Under the pieces are notes generated by a model, which did not search any database, was not told the origin of the DNA, and was given only the letters and a program-made list of their open reading frames with translations. The translations under genes and the position numbers were made by a program. 64,000 bases of DNA, taken from assembly GCA_000004985.1 (NCBI GenBank), contig GG738859.1; one strand, given 5' to 3'. Positions 53,487-64,000 of this stretch are shown here, in pieces (the first letter of the stretch is position 1; each line of letters opens with the position of its first letter). This stretch comes from Naegleria gruberi. Taxonomy: Eukaryota.

Positions 53487-54818
53487 ATGAGAAAATTGCT
53501 TCTGGCCACTTCCGTGTTGGCTCTTGGTGCCGGAATGTCAATGGATCGTGGAATAAAATCCTTCATGCCATTTTCATCATCCTCATCATCAATGGATAAT
53601 AATAATACTTTGGAAGTTTCTAAAATGGTGATGGGAAGTAAAATGATTGTGGAAGCACAAAGTGCTGCTCCAATGACACCACCACCAACACCAGCACTTT
53701 CTCCTAGTAGTGGTAGTGCTACAACACCAGCATCATCGGAACAAAGTGGAGAATCAGCAGAAGGAGAAGGTTCTGGTGCTAGAAATCCTGGTAGAGTTTC
53801 ACCACAAGGATTACCTAGACAACAAGCTGGCGATAATCAATCAGCCACTCCAGCTGCAATTATGAGCAAATTGCCAGGTTATGTTAAGGCACATGCCAAG
53901 ACAAAGGAAAATCAACAATTATTCCAAACATTTTACGAGTTGGGAATACCAAGTGATAGAGAAATGCACATGTTTTCTGGATATATTTCAGCAACTGATA
54001 CTAGATTGAGAATTCCATCACTTGTTGCTTGGACCATTAAAGGACGTACTAGTGGAGGAAGTAAGGAAAGAAAATCCGATAGATCCAATTCTCAATTCCA
54101 TTCGAGTCCATACCTTCCAGAACCATTCAATGCTCAAAATTCTGACTATTCTGGAGAGGGATATGATAGAGGACACTTGTGTCCATGTGGAGATTTTTAT
54201 TATAGTATGGGACAAAAAGCTTTGGATGAAACATTCTACTTGTCACACAATGTAGTTCCACAAGATCCAAATAATAACAGATTTTATTGGCTTAGATTGG
54301 AAATGTTCACTAGAGGAATGGCCAAACAGTTCGATAATGTCCACGTATTGGCTGGTCCACTGTTTGTTCCAGAAGAGTCAGGAAAAAAAAAGTTTGTTCG
54401 TTATGAAGTCATTGGAGATAATAATGTTGCTGTTCCAACACACTTGTACAGAATTTTGGTTGGAGAGAAAAAGTCTGAAAACAAATTTTTCATTCAGGCC
54501 TTTATGATTCCAAATAAGCCAATTCCAAAATCAAAGCCAATTACCGATTTTATTGTTCCAGTTTCAGACATTGAAAAGCTCAGTGGTATGCAATTGTTAC
54601 ACAGAATTGAAAAGACAAGTACATTACCACTTTGTAAACATTTCCCATGCGAATTGAAAGCATGGCAAGAATTGGAAATGCAAAAGATTCTGTGGGATAA
54701 GAGTATGGATTCTAAGGAAAAGGTTGAAAATGAGTGGAATAAGCTCATCCAAGAAGGTTGGAAGCCAAGTCCACAAATTGTTCAACAATTCCAATCAAGA
54801 CTGTCTGATTTAAAGTAA
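53487..54818 (+). CDS. DNA/RNA non-specific endonuclease (EndoG/NUC1 family) with a long Ser/Ala/Pro-rich N-terminal extension
   Basis: 443 aa. Catalytic DRGH motif in GYDRGHLCPCGDF, then NVVPQ, and N at the Mg-binding position. The N-terminus MRKLLLATSVLALGAG resembles a targeting or signal sequence. Confidence 0.75.
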   Translation: MRKLLLATSVLALGAGMSMDRGIKSFMPFSSSSSSMDNNNTLEVSKMVMGSKMIVEAQSAAPMTPPPTPALSPSSGSATTPASSEQSGESAEGEGSGARNPGRVSPQGLPRQQAGDNQSATPAAIMSKLPGYVKAHAKTKENQQLFQTFYELGIPSDREMHMFSGYISATDTRLRIPSLVAWTIKGRTSGGSKERKSDRSNSQFHSSPYLPEPFNAQNSDYSGEGYDRGHLCPCGDFYYSMGQKALDETFYLSHNVVPQDPNNNRFYWLRLEMFTRGMAKQFDNVHVLAGPLFVPEESGKKKFVRYEVIGDNNVAVPTHLYRILVGEKKSENKFFIQAFMIPNKPIPKSKPITDFIVPVSDIEKLSGMQLLHRIEKTSTLPLCKHFPCELKAWQELEMQKILWDKSMDSKEKVENEWNKLIQEGWKPSPQIVQQFQSRLSDLK

Positions 54819-54837
54819 ACATGTGTAAATGATTGGT

Positions 54838-56051
54838 TTATAAGTAAATTGTGCAAATCTTAATGTCCGATAGATGTGAATCAGTTCCCTGCACTACCTT
54901 ATCTAGAATGGATGTCATGAATAGAAAATGAATATTTTCATGGTTATTGTAATAGGCAAATGAAAAACTCTCACCACACATAATACTGGTTTTTCTTGGA
55001 AAGAGTATTTCTTTTGGTTTAGAAATTCTAACTGGTGTGGAGGTAGATGAAAATTCTTGAGTTCCAAGCTGATAATATGAGTTCTGCCCACCCACATAGA
55101 GAGAGCCTGATTCTCCAAGAAGCACGTAATGTCTCCAACCAGCTGAGAATGCTATCCATTTTCATTATAGAAAACTCAATTTAACTTTATAAACTTACAA
55201 ACAATTGGCTCATTAATATCAAGTTTTTTATAATAATTTCCAACATGTTTTCCAACTCCAAAAATTTCATTATTCTCCAATTGAACTATTGTACATAACC
55301 CTCCACAGGTAACATTACTAATTTTCTTTCCATGAAAAGGTATTGTAATTGGTTTAAAAAATTCGTTATTTCTTTCATTAGAAGAGGAGTATGAATTTGC
55401 ATCATTTAATCCACAACCATATAATTCAAATTCAGTAGCAATCACAGTGAATTGAGCACCCATTGCAATTTTTTCAACTTTGTTATAATCTTCAAATGAA
55501 ACAAGTGAAAGAGTTCCATACTTATCAATTCTAGTTCCATTTCCTAATTGTCCACAAGAATTCCATCCAGATCCATAAATCTTGCAGCCTATTTTCACAA
55601 AGAAATGTCCAGCACTAGCACTAGTATAAAACCCGTTAATCTCTTCATTCTCTTCTTTCTCAATTTTAACAAAACTATGTGATTTAGTTTCAAATCCACT
55701 CCAATAAATATTTCCACAATTTGTAATTACATAACTATTGATCTGAGAGCAGAAAGCATCCACAATCATCTCTCCCTTCTCAAGAAACGTTCCAACAGGA
55801 ATGATCTTTAGTGAGTCATCAGTTTTACTCGTACCAAACACTTGTCCGTTATGATTATTACCAATTCCGAATAATTGACCATCCTGCAACAATATCATAG
55901 TATGTTCCCTTCCACATGCAATCTTTTTAACTTTCGAAAGTGATGATTCATCATCATTGGGAAGGAGTGTAATTGGCGAGAAGGTTTTGCTTTTCGAAGA
56001 TTGACACGATTCACAAAATCTATTGGAGCCAGTGGAAAGAACATAGACCAT
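54838..56051 (-). CDS. RCC1-like repeat (beta-propeller) protein, 2 exons
   Basis: Exon 1 about 56051-55199, intron about 55198-55152 (47 nt, GTAAGT), exon 2 about 55151-54838. Repeated GxxHxxxL...G...G.N..GQLG blades (CGREHTMILLQDGQLFGIGNNHNGQVF, YGSGWNSCGQLGNG). Confidence 0.55.
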
Positions 56052-56153
56052 TTTTTTGAAAGTTTACAAAGTGTTCATTGTTCAACCTCATGTTGTGATG
56101 TGTACTAATTTACTCTTGGAACAATCTTTTACAACAAGTATTGTTCATAAAAA

Positions 56154-57605
56154 ATGTTTCAAAATCTTCACGAGCAAGGGATAACAATTATTCTCGATGA
56201 TCAAATTGGATCGGAGAGGCTTTCTTTTAAATATAACCTCTCTCGATTCTATAATTTAGTAGTACATTTCACAGAGACAGCTCCAACACTGGCAACATTA
56301 TTGGAGGATGAACCCGAATTATTGCTAGAATCGATGAAGAGTTCTTCGACACCATTCATTCCCGATCAATATAAGAATGATTTAAATTTTCTGAGGAAGG
56401 CCTGTCGAATGAATTGTAGTTTGATAACAAATAATGATTTAATGCAAAATGATAAAGAGTGCTGCTTGATTACAGCATCTCAAAAAGGAGGTAAATTATT
56501 GCATTGTTGCAAAATCAAAGATCTAGATGTGATATTGCAAGCTTTCAAAGTTAATCCAAATGATATTTCATTCACATACGGATCAATGTTAATTAACACT
56601 CAAGAATATCAGGAATGGAAGAAACTGCAGGAACAGAAAAAAATTGCGCCAACCCACAAGACCAATCATAAAAAGGAAATTTTGGATGAAAAAGAAATAG
56701 TTCTCAATTCAGTTAATAAGAACGGAATGAACTTGAGAAAATTCCCATCATTTGCTTTGGATAGAGATGTTGTTCTAGCAGCCATAAAACAAAATGGTAC
56801 CATATTCCAAACAATTGATGAAAAGTGGAAAGAAGATTTGGAAATTGTGAGTACTGCAATAGATTCTGATCCCATGAATTTAAAATTCCTTCCAAATCAT
56901 TTCAAAAGTGACAGATCATTAGTGATGAAAGCAGTAACCAGCAATGGATTTGCTCTAAAATTTGCTGGTTCATCATTCCAAAGAGACAAGCAAATTGTTC
57001 TTTCCTCATTCACAAGTAATGGAAAAGCTGTAGAATTTGTACACAAGAGCCTGTGGTTAGATGAGGAAATTGTGAGATGTGCTTCTAGAAAAACTGGAAG
57101 ATGTCTATTTCATGCAAGTGAATGCATTAAATCCAATAAGGAACTAGCTCTCCAAATCATTCAAAAATTCCCAGAAGGATTCACCTACTTGAGTAATAGT
57201 TTGAAAACAGATAGGGACTTTATCTTATCAGCAATAGAGAAGAACCATTTAATTCTCTATCAAATCAGCCCCTTATTGAAACAAGATAACTCATTTCTAA
57301 TAGATGCCCTCAAACGAAACTCACTCATCTTTCCCAATTTACCTGAGAGTTTCCGATACGACCCCAATATGATCATTCTATCCTGCAAGAATTCTACTCA
57401 ACATCTGACATCTTTTCTGTATTACAAACAATCGCTCAGTCATAACTTTGACTTTGCATTACAATGTACTCAAATGAATGGTTCAGCTCTCAATTGCTTT
57501 AGTGATTTTTCACATAACGAGTTAAAATTACTTGCACTTGCTGCAGCTTCATCTTTCTTTCATCAGAAACACCCAAATTTTAAATTGCTTCTTCGTGATG
57601 ATTAG
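56154..57605 (+). CDS. DUF4116 repeat protein
   Basis: 483 aa. The C-terminal two thirds consist of about 8 repeats of the form (K)xDRxxVLxAVxxNGxALxFAxxxLKxD, the same repeat as in the C-terminus of the kinase gene at 29452-32408. Confidence 0.55.
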   Translation: MFQNLHEQGITIILDDQIGSERLSFKYNLSRFYNLVVHFTETAPTLATLLEDEPELLLESMKSSSTPFIPDQYKNDLNFLRKACRMNCSLITNNDLMQNDKECCLITASQKGGKLLHCCKIKDLDVILQAFKVNPNDISFTYGSMLINTQEYQEWKKLQEQKKIAPTHKTNHKKEILDEKEIVLNSVNKNGMNLRKFPSFALDRDVVLAAIKQNGTIFQTIDEKWKEDLEIVSTAIDSDPMNLKFLPNHFKSDRSLVMKAVTSNGFALKFAGSSFQRDKQIVLSSFTSNGKAVEFVHKSLWLDEEIVRCASRKTGRCLFHASECIKSNKELALQIIQKFPEGFTYLSNSLKTDRDFILSAIEKNHLILYQISPLLKQDNSFLIDALKRNSLIFPNLPESFRYDPNMIILSCKNSTQHLTSFLYYKQSLSHNFDFALQCTQMNGSALNCFSDFSHNELKLLALAAASSFFHQKHPNFKLLLRDD

Positions 57606-57895
57606 ATTTCATTCCATGAATACACATTAAGGTGGTAACCTCCACAACTATTAACCATTCATCCGTACTAAAAAATCCTTCAAAAGAGAAAGCGTTGAGT
57701 TTATTCTACTGCAGTGAGGAGGTTATTTTTTCGTACACCAGTATATATTGAGGCTTCACGAAATTGATTGATAACCATTGCAATACAGACATTAAGTTTA
57801 CAACAAAGATTGCTTGCGTTTCAGAGGCCAAAAACTGCGCAACAAAAATCTCGCTGAGCCAACAGACCAAGCTAAATAAAAACAATTTAAAAAAA

Positions 57896-60800
57896 ATGCA
57901 CAAACTAAGCAAGGTCTTCAACGTTTCTTGCAATCATATTGCTAAACAGCAAGCCATTCGTCAATCTTGCTATAAAAAAACAAATATTATTTCATTGTTG
58001 GAAAAGGAAGGACGAAAGCAAGGATTCCATTGCACTGTTTTTAATTCAAGACTTAGAAAATATAGTGAATCGGGTGAAACACCAACAATTGGTATTCGTA
58101 GAGAAGATAAAAATGTTTGGGAACGTAGAGTACCTCTCACACCATCCCAATGTGAAGAATTGATCAAGGAACATGGTATTCGTATTGTAATTCAACCATC
58201 AACAACTCGTGCTTTTGGTGATGAAGAATATAGAGAAGCTGGCTGTGAGATTAATGAAGATTTGAGTATTGCCCAAACAATCTTGGCAGTTAAAGAAGTT
58301 CCAGCCCAATTATTAATTCCGAACAAGACTTACATGTTCTTCTCTCACACAATTAAAGGACAATGGTATAACATGAATATGTTGGACACTATTTTAGAAA
58401 AGAAAATTAGATTGATCGATTATGAACGTATTGTGAAGGAAGTTGAAATTCCAGGAACTGAAAAAACAGTAGAAGAAAGATTGGTAAGATTTGGTCCTTT
58501 TGCTGGTAATGCTGGTGTTATTGATACACTTCATATTCTCGGAGAAAGATTATTGACTCAATATGGATATACAAGTCCTTTCCTCAGCATTTCATATGCT
58601 AGAAATTACATTAGTCTTGAAATTTGTAAACATGCCTTGAATGAAATTGGCAGAAAGATTAGTCAATATGGTATCAACAAGGATTTATTCCCAATGACCT
58701 TTGTTATGACTGGTAAAGGTGGTTCTGTTTGTCATGGTATGAAGGAAATGATTCAACAATTGCAACCTCCAGAATTAACACACAAAACAGTTGAATTTTT
58801 GAGAACACCACAAGAATTGAGAGCTTTGTGGGAAAAGAAAGCTAGAGGTGAAGTAACCAAGGAAGATTGTAGAAAGATTTATATTTTAATTTGTGGTCCT
58901 GAATATATGGTTAAACACAAGTCACAAACTCAACCATTTGACAAGTATGATTACTATGCTAATCCACAAGATTACGAACCAATTTTCCACGAAACAATTA
59001 TTCCATACACTAAAGTTTTGTTAAACGGCATGTATTGGGATGCCAGATATCCAAGATTAATCACTAACAAGCAAGCTAAACAATTAATTGATCAAAATAG
59101 ATTCCCACTCATTTGTGTTGGTGATGTTTCTTGTGATCCTGGTGGTTCTGTTGAATTCTTGACTAAGACTACTACAATTTCCTCTCCTGTCTATGTAAAT
59201 AATATCAAGGAAGACAAGATTCTTGACGATACTGTAATTGGTGAAGGTGTTGCAATGCTTGCTGTTGACCACTTGCCAGCTGAATTCCCAAGATCTTCCA
59301 GTAGTTTGTTTGGTTCTCACCTTTTCCCATTCATTCCAGATCTTGCTAGATCATTTGTTACTATGAGTTCTCCATTAGAAACTCAAATGAAATATTTGCC
59401 AACTGAGCTCAGAAAGGCTGTAATTACATCAGGTGGTAAATTGACACCAAACTTTGAATATATTGACAAGATTAGAGGTCCAAGATCTAGCAGAGTTTTG
59501 ATTTTGGGATCAGGATATGTTGTTCCTCCAATTATTGACTACTTGATCGATAATCCAAGAGATATTGCCACCGTTACCGTTGCCTCTGATAAGATTTCTT
59601 CTGAATTCAAGAGCAAGTATTCTGATTCTAAGAAATCTGTTGAATTTGTTAGTAATCTCAATGTTACTAATGATAGTCAATTGCTTGCTGATTTGATTAG
59701 CAAATGTGATATTGTACTTTCATTGGTTCCAGCTCCACTCCATCCAATTGTTGCTCAACAATGTTTAAAGTATGAAAAACATCTCGTCACTGCCAGTTAT
59801 ATTAGTCCAGAAATGGAACAATTGAACGAACAAGCTAAAGAAAAGGGTTTGCTCTTCATTAATGAAATTGGTTTGGATCCTGGTATTGATCACATGTGTA
59901 TTATGAAGACTCTCGATCAAGTTGTTGGTCAAAGAGGTGGTAAGGTTGAAAGCTTCAAGAGCTTCTGTGGTGCTCTCCCAGCCCCTGAATCATCTGATAA
60001 TCCTCTTGGTTACAAGTTCAGTTGGTCTCCAATTGGTGTTTTGAGAGCTTCTCAAAATCCATGTTTATTCATGAAGGATGGTGAAGTTGTCAATGTTACT
60101 GATGGTAACAAGCTCACTTTCCTCAATGAAAAGGTTGACGTCAAGTTTAAGGGATTCAATTTTGAAGTTATTCCAAACAGAGATTCCCTCAAGTACATTT
60201 CCAAGTACAAGTATCTGAATGAAAAGGACTTGAAGACCATGATGAGAGGAACCCTCAGATTTGGTGGTTTCTGTGAAGTTTTCAGATTACTCACTCTTTT
60301 AGGATACCTCAATCAAAGCACTGTCATTCCAGCTGATGCCAAGACTTATCGTGATATTTTCTGTACTCAATTGGGTGTTCCAGTTTCTACTGATTTGAAG
60401 ACCATTTCTGCCAAGGTCACCAGTCTTTACAATGAAAAGATTGATGCCATGTTCTCTAACATTACTGACAAGTACCAACAAGCTATTTACAATAGACTTA
60501 AGGCTAACGCTCAAACTGATGTTTCTTTCGCTCTCAAGAGTGTAAAACAACTTGGTTTGCTTTCTACTGATTCATTTGGTGAAAAACCAAAGAGTGGATT
60601 ACTCCTTGATTTGATCTGTACTCACCTTGAAAAGGAACTTGCCCTCTCTGCTGATGACAAGGATCTCAACTTTATGGTCCATGAATTTATTGTAAACTAT
60701 GAAAAGGAAAATGTTAAGGAAAAGATTACCTCAACTGTTTGTGTTTATGGTGACAAGAAGGAAGGAACTGCCACAAGTAGAACTGTTGGTTTACCTGTTG

Positions 60801-60973
60801 CTATCACTGCTGTACTTGTTGCTAAGGAATCAGCTGCCCTTAAAAAGTCAGTTGGTGGAGGTGGTGTCATTGGTCCAACTTCAACACCACTTTTATATGA
60901 AGGAGTTTTGAGTAAGCTTGAACAACAAGGAATTACTGTCGAAGAAACTGTTGAACCATACGAAGAAATGTAA
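57896..60973 (+). CDS. AASS: Bifunctional lysine-ketoglutarate reductase / saccharopine dehydrogenase (LKR/SDH, AASS-like) with presequence
   Basis: Open from 57764; the first ATG is at 57896. The N-terminal AlaDH/PNT-like LKR domain (IGIRREDKNVWERRVPLTP, FSHTIKGQ) and the C-terminal saccharopine dehydrogenase domain (VLILGSGYVVPPIIDYL, GLDPGIDHM) align end to end. Confidence 0.85.
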   Translation: MHKLSKVFNVSCNHIAKQQAIRQSCYKKTNIISLLEKEGRKQGFHCTVFNSRLRKYSESGETPTIGIRREDKNVWERRVPLTPSQCEELIKEHGIRIVIQPSTTRAFGDEEYREAGCEINEDLSIAQTILAVKEVPAQLLIPNKTYMFFSHTIKGQWYNMNMLDTILEKKIRLIDYERIVKEVEIPGTEKTVEERLVRFGPFAGNAGVIDTLHILGERLLTQYGYTSPFLSISYARNYISLEICKHALNEIGRKISQYGINKDLFPMTFVMTGKGGSVCHGMKEMIQQLQPPELTHKTVEFLRTPQELRALWEKKARGEVTKEDCRKIYILICGPEYMVKHKSQTQPFDKYDYYANPQDYEPIFHETIIPYTKVLLNGMYWDARYPRLITNKQAKQLIDQNRFPLICVGDVSCDPGGSVEFLTKTTTISSPVYVNNIKEDKILDDTVIGEGVAMLAVDHLPAEFPRSSSSLFGSHLFPFIPDLARSFVTMSSPLETQMKYLPTELRKAVITSGGKLTPNFEYIDKIRGPRSSRVLILGSGYVVPPIIDYLIDNPRDIATVTVASDKISSEFKSKYSDSKKSVEFVSNLNVTNDSQLLADLISKCDIVLSLVPAPLHPIVAQQCLKYEKHLVTASYISPEMEQLNEQAKEKGLLFINEIGLDPGIDHMCIMKTLDQVVGQRGGKVESFKSFCGALPAPESSDNPLGYKFSWSPIGVLRASQNPCLFMKDGEVVNVTDGNKLTFLNEKVDVKFKGFNFEVIPNRDSLKYISKYKYLNEKDLKTMMRGTLRFGGFCEVFRLLTLLGYLNQSTVIPADAKTYRDIFCTQLGVPVSTDLKTISAKVTSLYNEKIDAMFSNITDKYQQAIYNRLKANAQTDVSFALKSVKQLGLLSTDSFGEKPKSGLLLDLICTHLEKELALSADDKDLNFMVHEFIVNYEKENVKEKITSTVCVYGDKKEGTATSRTVGLPVAITAVLVAKESAALKKSVGGGGVIGPTSTPLLYEGVLSKLEQQGITVEETVEPYEEM

Positions 60974-60997
60974 TAAATTATTTAATGATTAATTGGA

Positions 60998-62230
60998 TTA
61001 TTTAAAGATTTCTAATTCGTGATTCTTACGAACAACGTGCAAAACTGGAATGAATGAGGATGGAAGTTGGTAGTCTGATCTTGTCAAAACCGTGATAAGT
61101 GGAGTGTTTAAATTCTTAATCTCAATGAAACGATTCTTTGAATTCTTTAAGGAGGTAGGATCTAAAAAGAAAACTTTCAAATTTGAGATCACGTAATCCT
61201 TTTCACATCCATAAGGGAATGCAGGTCCATTTGGAGGGAACATCATGTCCAATTGTTCTCTCACAGTTTGGTGTTCACTAAAAGTATGAATGAAATCTGT
61301 TTGATTGAATTCATCGTAGGCAAAGATAACAGAGAAGAATACTTCACCACTGTGTTCATCAATTTGGATACCTCCCAAAGGTCCATCACGAGTGTAGGTA
61401 TTCAATTGTTCAGATTCTAGCTCTGTATAATCTCCAATTTTGATTCCCTTTCTATTGGAGAGGAATTTCTTCAATTGTTGTATGGTTTGTTCTTGTTGTC
61501 TCTTCTTTTCTTGCTCTTCAGCTTTCTTTTCTTGCTCCTTTAAAAGTGCATCCTCGGCCTTCTTCATGAAATCCTCAAACAAGGCATGTTTTCCTTCAAT
61601 TTTAAGAGCCCTTTGACAATATTTGATAACTGGCTTGTATTTCTTTAAAGTCATGGCAGCTTTAGCAATTCTGAACATGGCTTTAGTATTCTTATTATCA
61701 ATTTTCAAAACTTCCTTTGCATCCACAATGGCATGTCCATAATTACCCATCAATGTAAAGATGTGTGATCTATTATTTAACAAGTCAATTTTCAATCTTG
61801 TGTCAGTAATTGGTTGCTCCAATCCTTCTGAATAATATCTGATAATATCCTTGTAGTACATTTCTGGATTTTTACTATCCTTCAACAAGTTATTTCCTTG
61901 ATTTTTAAAATTGGTTGCAATTTCATCTGGAGTACCATCATATCTAAGTTCAGCCAAAGCCATAGCAATTGGATTGTCCAAACCAATGTCATTCATCAAC
62001 AATGGATGGTCTCCTTTACACCAATCAGGTAATTCCTTTGGAACAACAGGAATCCAGTCATCATCATCGTCATCACCTTCCATTAATTCTTGATAAGTCA
62101 TTGGCTTCTTCTTGTTTGTTGCAGAGGCTTCAGGTGTAACAATATCTTCTACCAAAACCTCTTCGGTACTCTTTTCCGAAGTCGATGATGAAGAAGTGAG
62201 AGGAGTTGAAGTTTGTTCGTTATTACTCAT
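60998..62230 (-). CDS. TTC4/Cns1-like TPR co-chaperone
   Basis: 410 aa. Acidic N-terminus, three TPR repeats (FKNQGNNLLKDSKNPEMYYKDIIRYYSEGL...), a central Lys/Glu coiled coil, and a C-terminal TTC4-type domain (VFFSVIFAYDEFNQTDFI...YVISNLKVFFLD). Confidence 0.65.
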   Translation of the reverse strand: MSNNEQTSTPLTSSSSTSEKSTEEVLVEDIVTPEASATNKKKPMTYQELMEGDDDDDDWIPVVPKELPDWCKGDHPLLMNDIGLDNPIAMALAELRYDGTPDEIATNFKNQGNNLLKDSKNPEMYYKDIIRYYSEGLEQPITDTRLKIDLLNNRSHIFTLMGNYGHAIVDAKEVLKIDNKNTKAMFRIAKAAMTLKKYKPVIKYCQRALKIEGKHALFEDFMKKAEDALLKEQEKKAEEQEKKRQQEQTIQQLKKFLSNRKGIKIGDYTELESEQLNTYTRDGPLGGIQIDEHSGEVFFSVIFAYDEFNQTDFIHTFSEHQTVREQLDMMFPPNGPAFPYGCEKDYVISNLKVFFLDPTSLKNSKNRFIEIKNLNTPLITVLTRSDYQLPSSFIPVLHVVRKNHELEIFK

Positions 62231-63005
62231 TTTTTTGCTTCAAATTGAGATGTGAATCAACGCTGATTGAAGCTTGGACTATTTATCCTCCAAGAAATTG
62301 TACCCAACCTTTGAAAATCTATTGGTAAGGTTTCTGCTCTTCAACTCAACTCAAACAACAATTTCATTTTGTGTTGTGTGCTTATTCAAAATAATTTCGA
62401 TATTTTTTAAAATTATTTATTTAAAACCACTTTGCCTTCATGATAATTCCCTCACAAAATAAATGAGCCAATTCATACCACGAAATTACTCCTAGAAAGC
62501 TCTGCCTATTCCTCACCTTCATGATTCATTCGAGTCAGAACGTTAATGATGAGTCGGAGGGTGTAAAAGCCACTCTGACAACACCATTCAAGTGTCGAGT
62601 TCTTCGGTGCTTGGTGGAGTTGTGTGAGGTTTGCGTGGGGTTTCATAATAAAGAATAAGCTCGTCATGGTGCATGATTGTGGGAAGTGTCTTTGGCATGG
62701 AACAAGAACACGATAATGTCTCCATATGCTTAGAACATATTCATCTTTTTATTTCCATGGTATATGAGTTGTTTTTCATTCTTTTAGGTTGTTCCTTTAA
62801 GGTTTGAACATCGTGTGTTGTGATGAATAATGTGCTTTTTAAAACCTTTAATTACAGCAGTAATGAAATGTAAAGATAATAACCAACATAACAATAAAAA
62901 AAAGTAGCACGTTGAGGACCTGAAGTGGTTTCTTTGATTTCCAATTGAATTCTTTTTGCCAACCAATTGCAACCACGTTGTTTTGTATATATACCGAGAG
63001 AGAAA

Positions 63006-63996
63006 ATGTGTTGTGGAGGAGAGAGTGATAAAACAAAAAACAACAATGAATGTAGTGTATCACCTCATCATGATGAAAATTTATTAATTAATAATATTAA
63101 TTGTGTGATGAATGTTGTTATATAATCTGTATCGGAACTAATAGTAAACATTAAAGTTGTAAATCCACAGCCATCAGCTTCTACAATAGCTGCTCGCACC
63201 ATTCAATCAAATTATGACGAATTATTTAAAGTAATTGTCATTGGAGACTCAAGTGTTGGAAAAACAAGTTTACTGAACAAGATGGTTGTAAGTTAATTTT
63301 GAAAATAATCGGAAAATAATTATTACAGTCAGGAACATTTACAGATTCGTTCATGCCAACTGTTGGAGTTGATTTGTAAGTTTTTTAAAAGAGAGGAATT
63401 TGACTGAAATTTCAATATTAAGGAAAGTGAGGTTTTTAACAATTGACGGTAAAAACATTAAACTCCAAATATGGGATACTGCCGGACAGGTATGTTTTAA
63501 AAAAATTGAAAATATTCAAAAATGTTTTAGGAAAGATATAGAAATTTAACAAAATCATACTATCGTGGAAGTGATGGTATTATACTTGTTTATGATATGT
63601 AAGTTTTTTTTTGAAATAGTTCAGTAATATATTGGTGAATTGGTCCATTCAAACATGCAACTGTTCAAATATGATAGAACCCAAGAAAAAACATTTAATA
63701 ACTTGAGTATTTGGTTGAATGAAGTTAAAAAGAACATTTTGGGAGTAAATAATGGAGATGCATTACCTATTGGAGCTGATCTTAATATTTTCATTATTGG
63801 AAACAAGACTGACTTGGAAACTGCTAGAAATGTATCAACAGATAAGGGCAAAAAGTTTGCAGAATCACTCCAAATTGATGCCATGTTTGAGGAAATTTCT
63901 TGTAAAACAACTGAATCCATTGAGGAGACTGTATTATGTAGATTGGCCAGAAGAATTCTCGAAACTCGTCAACGAGAAAAGAATGAAGAACGTTAA
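63006..63996 (+). CDS. Rab-family (Rab-like) small GTPase lacking a C-terminal prenylation Cys; N-terminal MCCGG; 6 exons
   Basis: Exons about 63006-63104, 63171-63287, 63329-63375, 63423-63489, 63531-63598 and 63678-63996 (introns 66, 41, 47, 41 and 79 nt). G1 GDSSVGKTS, switch I/RabF FMPTVGVD, G3 WDTAGQERY, RabF YYRGSDGIILVYDIT, G4 GNKTDL. It ends ...REKNEER-stop with no Cys. Confidence 0.7.
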
Positions 63997-64000
63997 TTGT

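Noticed and set aside
1-64000. Ciliate (TAA/TAG=Gln) genetic code or ciliate origin, suggested by AT-richness and 40-nt introns
   Set aside because: Conserved genes (Snu114, SDHAF3, Pol I, LKR/SDH) terminate at TAA or TAG exactly where their homologues end. Long ORFs are not bridged by in-frame TAA/TAG.
1-64000. Prokaryotic or viral interpretation (operons, CRISPR, defence islands), prompted by bacterial-type genes (Pol I, UDP-GlcNAc 2-epimerase, histidine kinase)
   Set aside because: These genes contain spliceosomal introns with GT...AG boundaries. They sit among unmistakably eukaryotic genes (Snu114, MYST HAT, GINS, CMTR1, tectonic). No repeat-spacer arrays or Shine-Dalgarno-spaced operons are present.
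1-64000. Entamoeba-like origin, suggested by GTTTGT donors, AT-richness and Gal-lectin-like membrane proteins
   Set aside because: The window encodes mitochondrial F1-ATPase delta, SDHAF3, LKR/SDH and a ciliary tectonic protein, which are incompatible with a mitosome-bearing, aflagellate parasite.

Overview
This window is from an AT-rich, gene-dense nuclear genome of a unicellular eukaryote, not a prokaryote or virus. The evidence is roughly 40 protein-coding genes in 64 kb, many interrupted by very short spliceosomal introns (about 38-51 nt, a few 65-170 nt) with GTAAGT/GTATGT/GTTTGT donors and YAG acceptors. TAA, TAG and TGA all act as stops, so the ciliate genetic code is excluded. The organism has aerobic mitochondria (F1-ATPase delta, SDHAF3, saccharopine pathway, EndoG-like nuclease), a cilium (tectonic-like transition-zone protein, Rab-like GTPase without a prenylation site) and histidine-kinase signalling. 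That points to a free-living flagellated protist; the species cannot be named from sequence alone. Confidently recognised genes, with the basis in each feature entry: Snu114/EFTUD2 (5'-truncated), SDHAF3, CAF1 deadenylase, an SDR retinol-dehydrogenase-like enzyme, a hybrid histidine kinase, SCAI, a 3beta-HSD/NSDHL-like enzyme, CMTR1-like cap methyltransferase, a MYST acetyltransferase, GINS Sld5, bifunctional LKR/SDH, a TTC4-like TPR protein and one dispersed 5S rRNA gene. Most interesting items: (1) a compact Golgi-glycan module, namely a signal-anchored UDP-GlcNAc 2-epimerase fused to a GT-A glycosyltransferase domain, transcribed divergently from a TPT-family nucleotide-sugar transporter and flanked by two Kelch-repeat paralogues that share a gene-conversion tract; (2) a nuclear, intron-containing, full-length bacterial-type DNA polymerase I (5'-3' exonuclease, degenerate 3'-5' exonuclease, polymerase) with an N-terminal presequence; (3) a G-alpha-like GTPase with degenerate catalytic residues and a long C-terminal extension; (4) a protein kinase fused to DUF4116 repeats whose ORF is broken by a 1-nt frameshift at a T-run; (5) a tandem pair of type I membrane proteins ending in YQQV; (6) a SET-domain protein carrying more than 10 KRKVGRPRK AT-hook repeats. 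No tRNA genes, CRISPR arrays or transposons were recognised. Intron coordinates were derived by hand and may be off by 1-2 nt.
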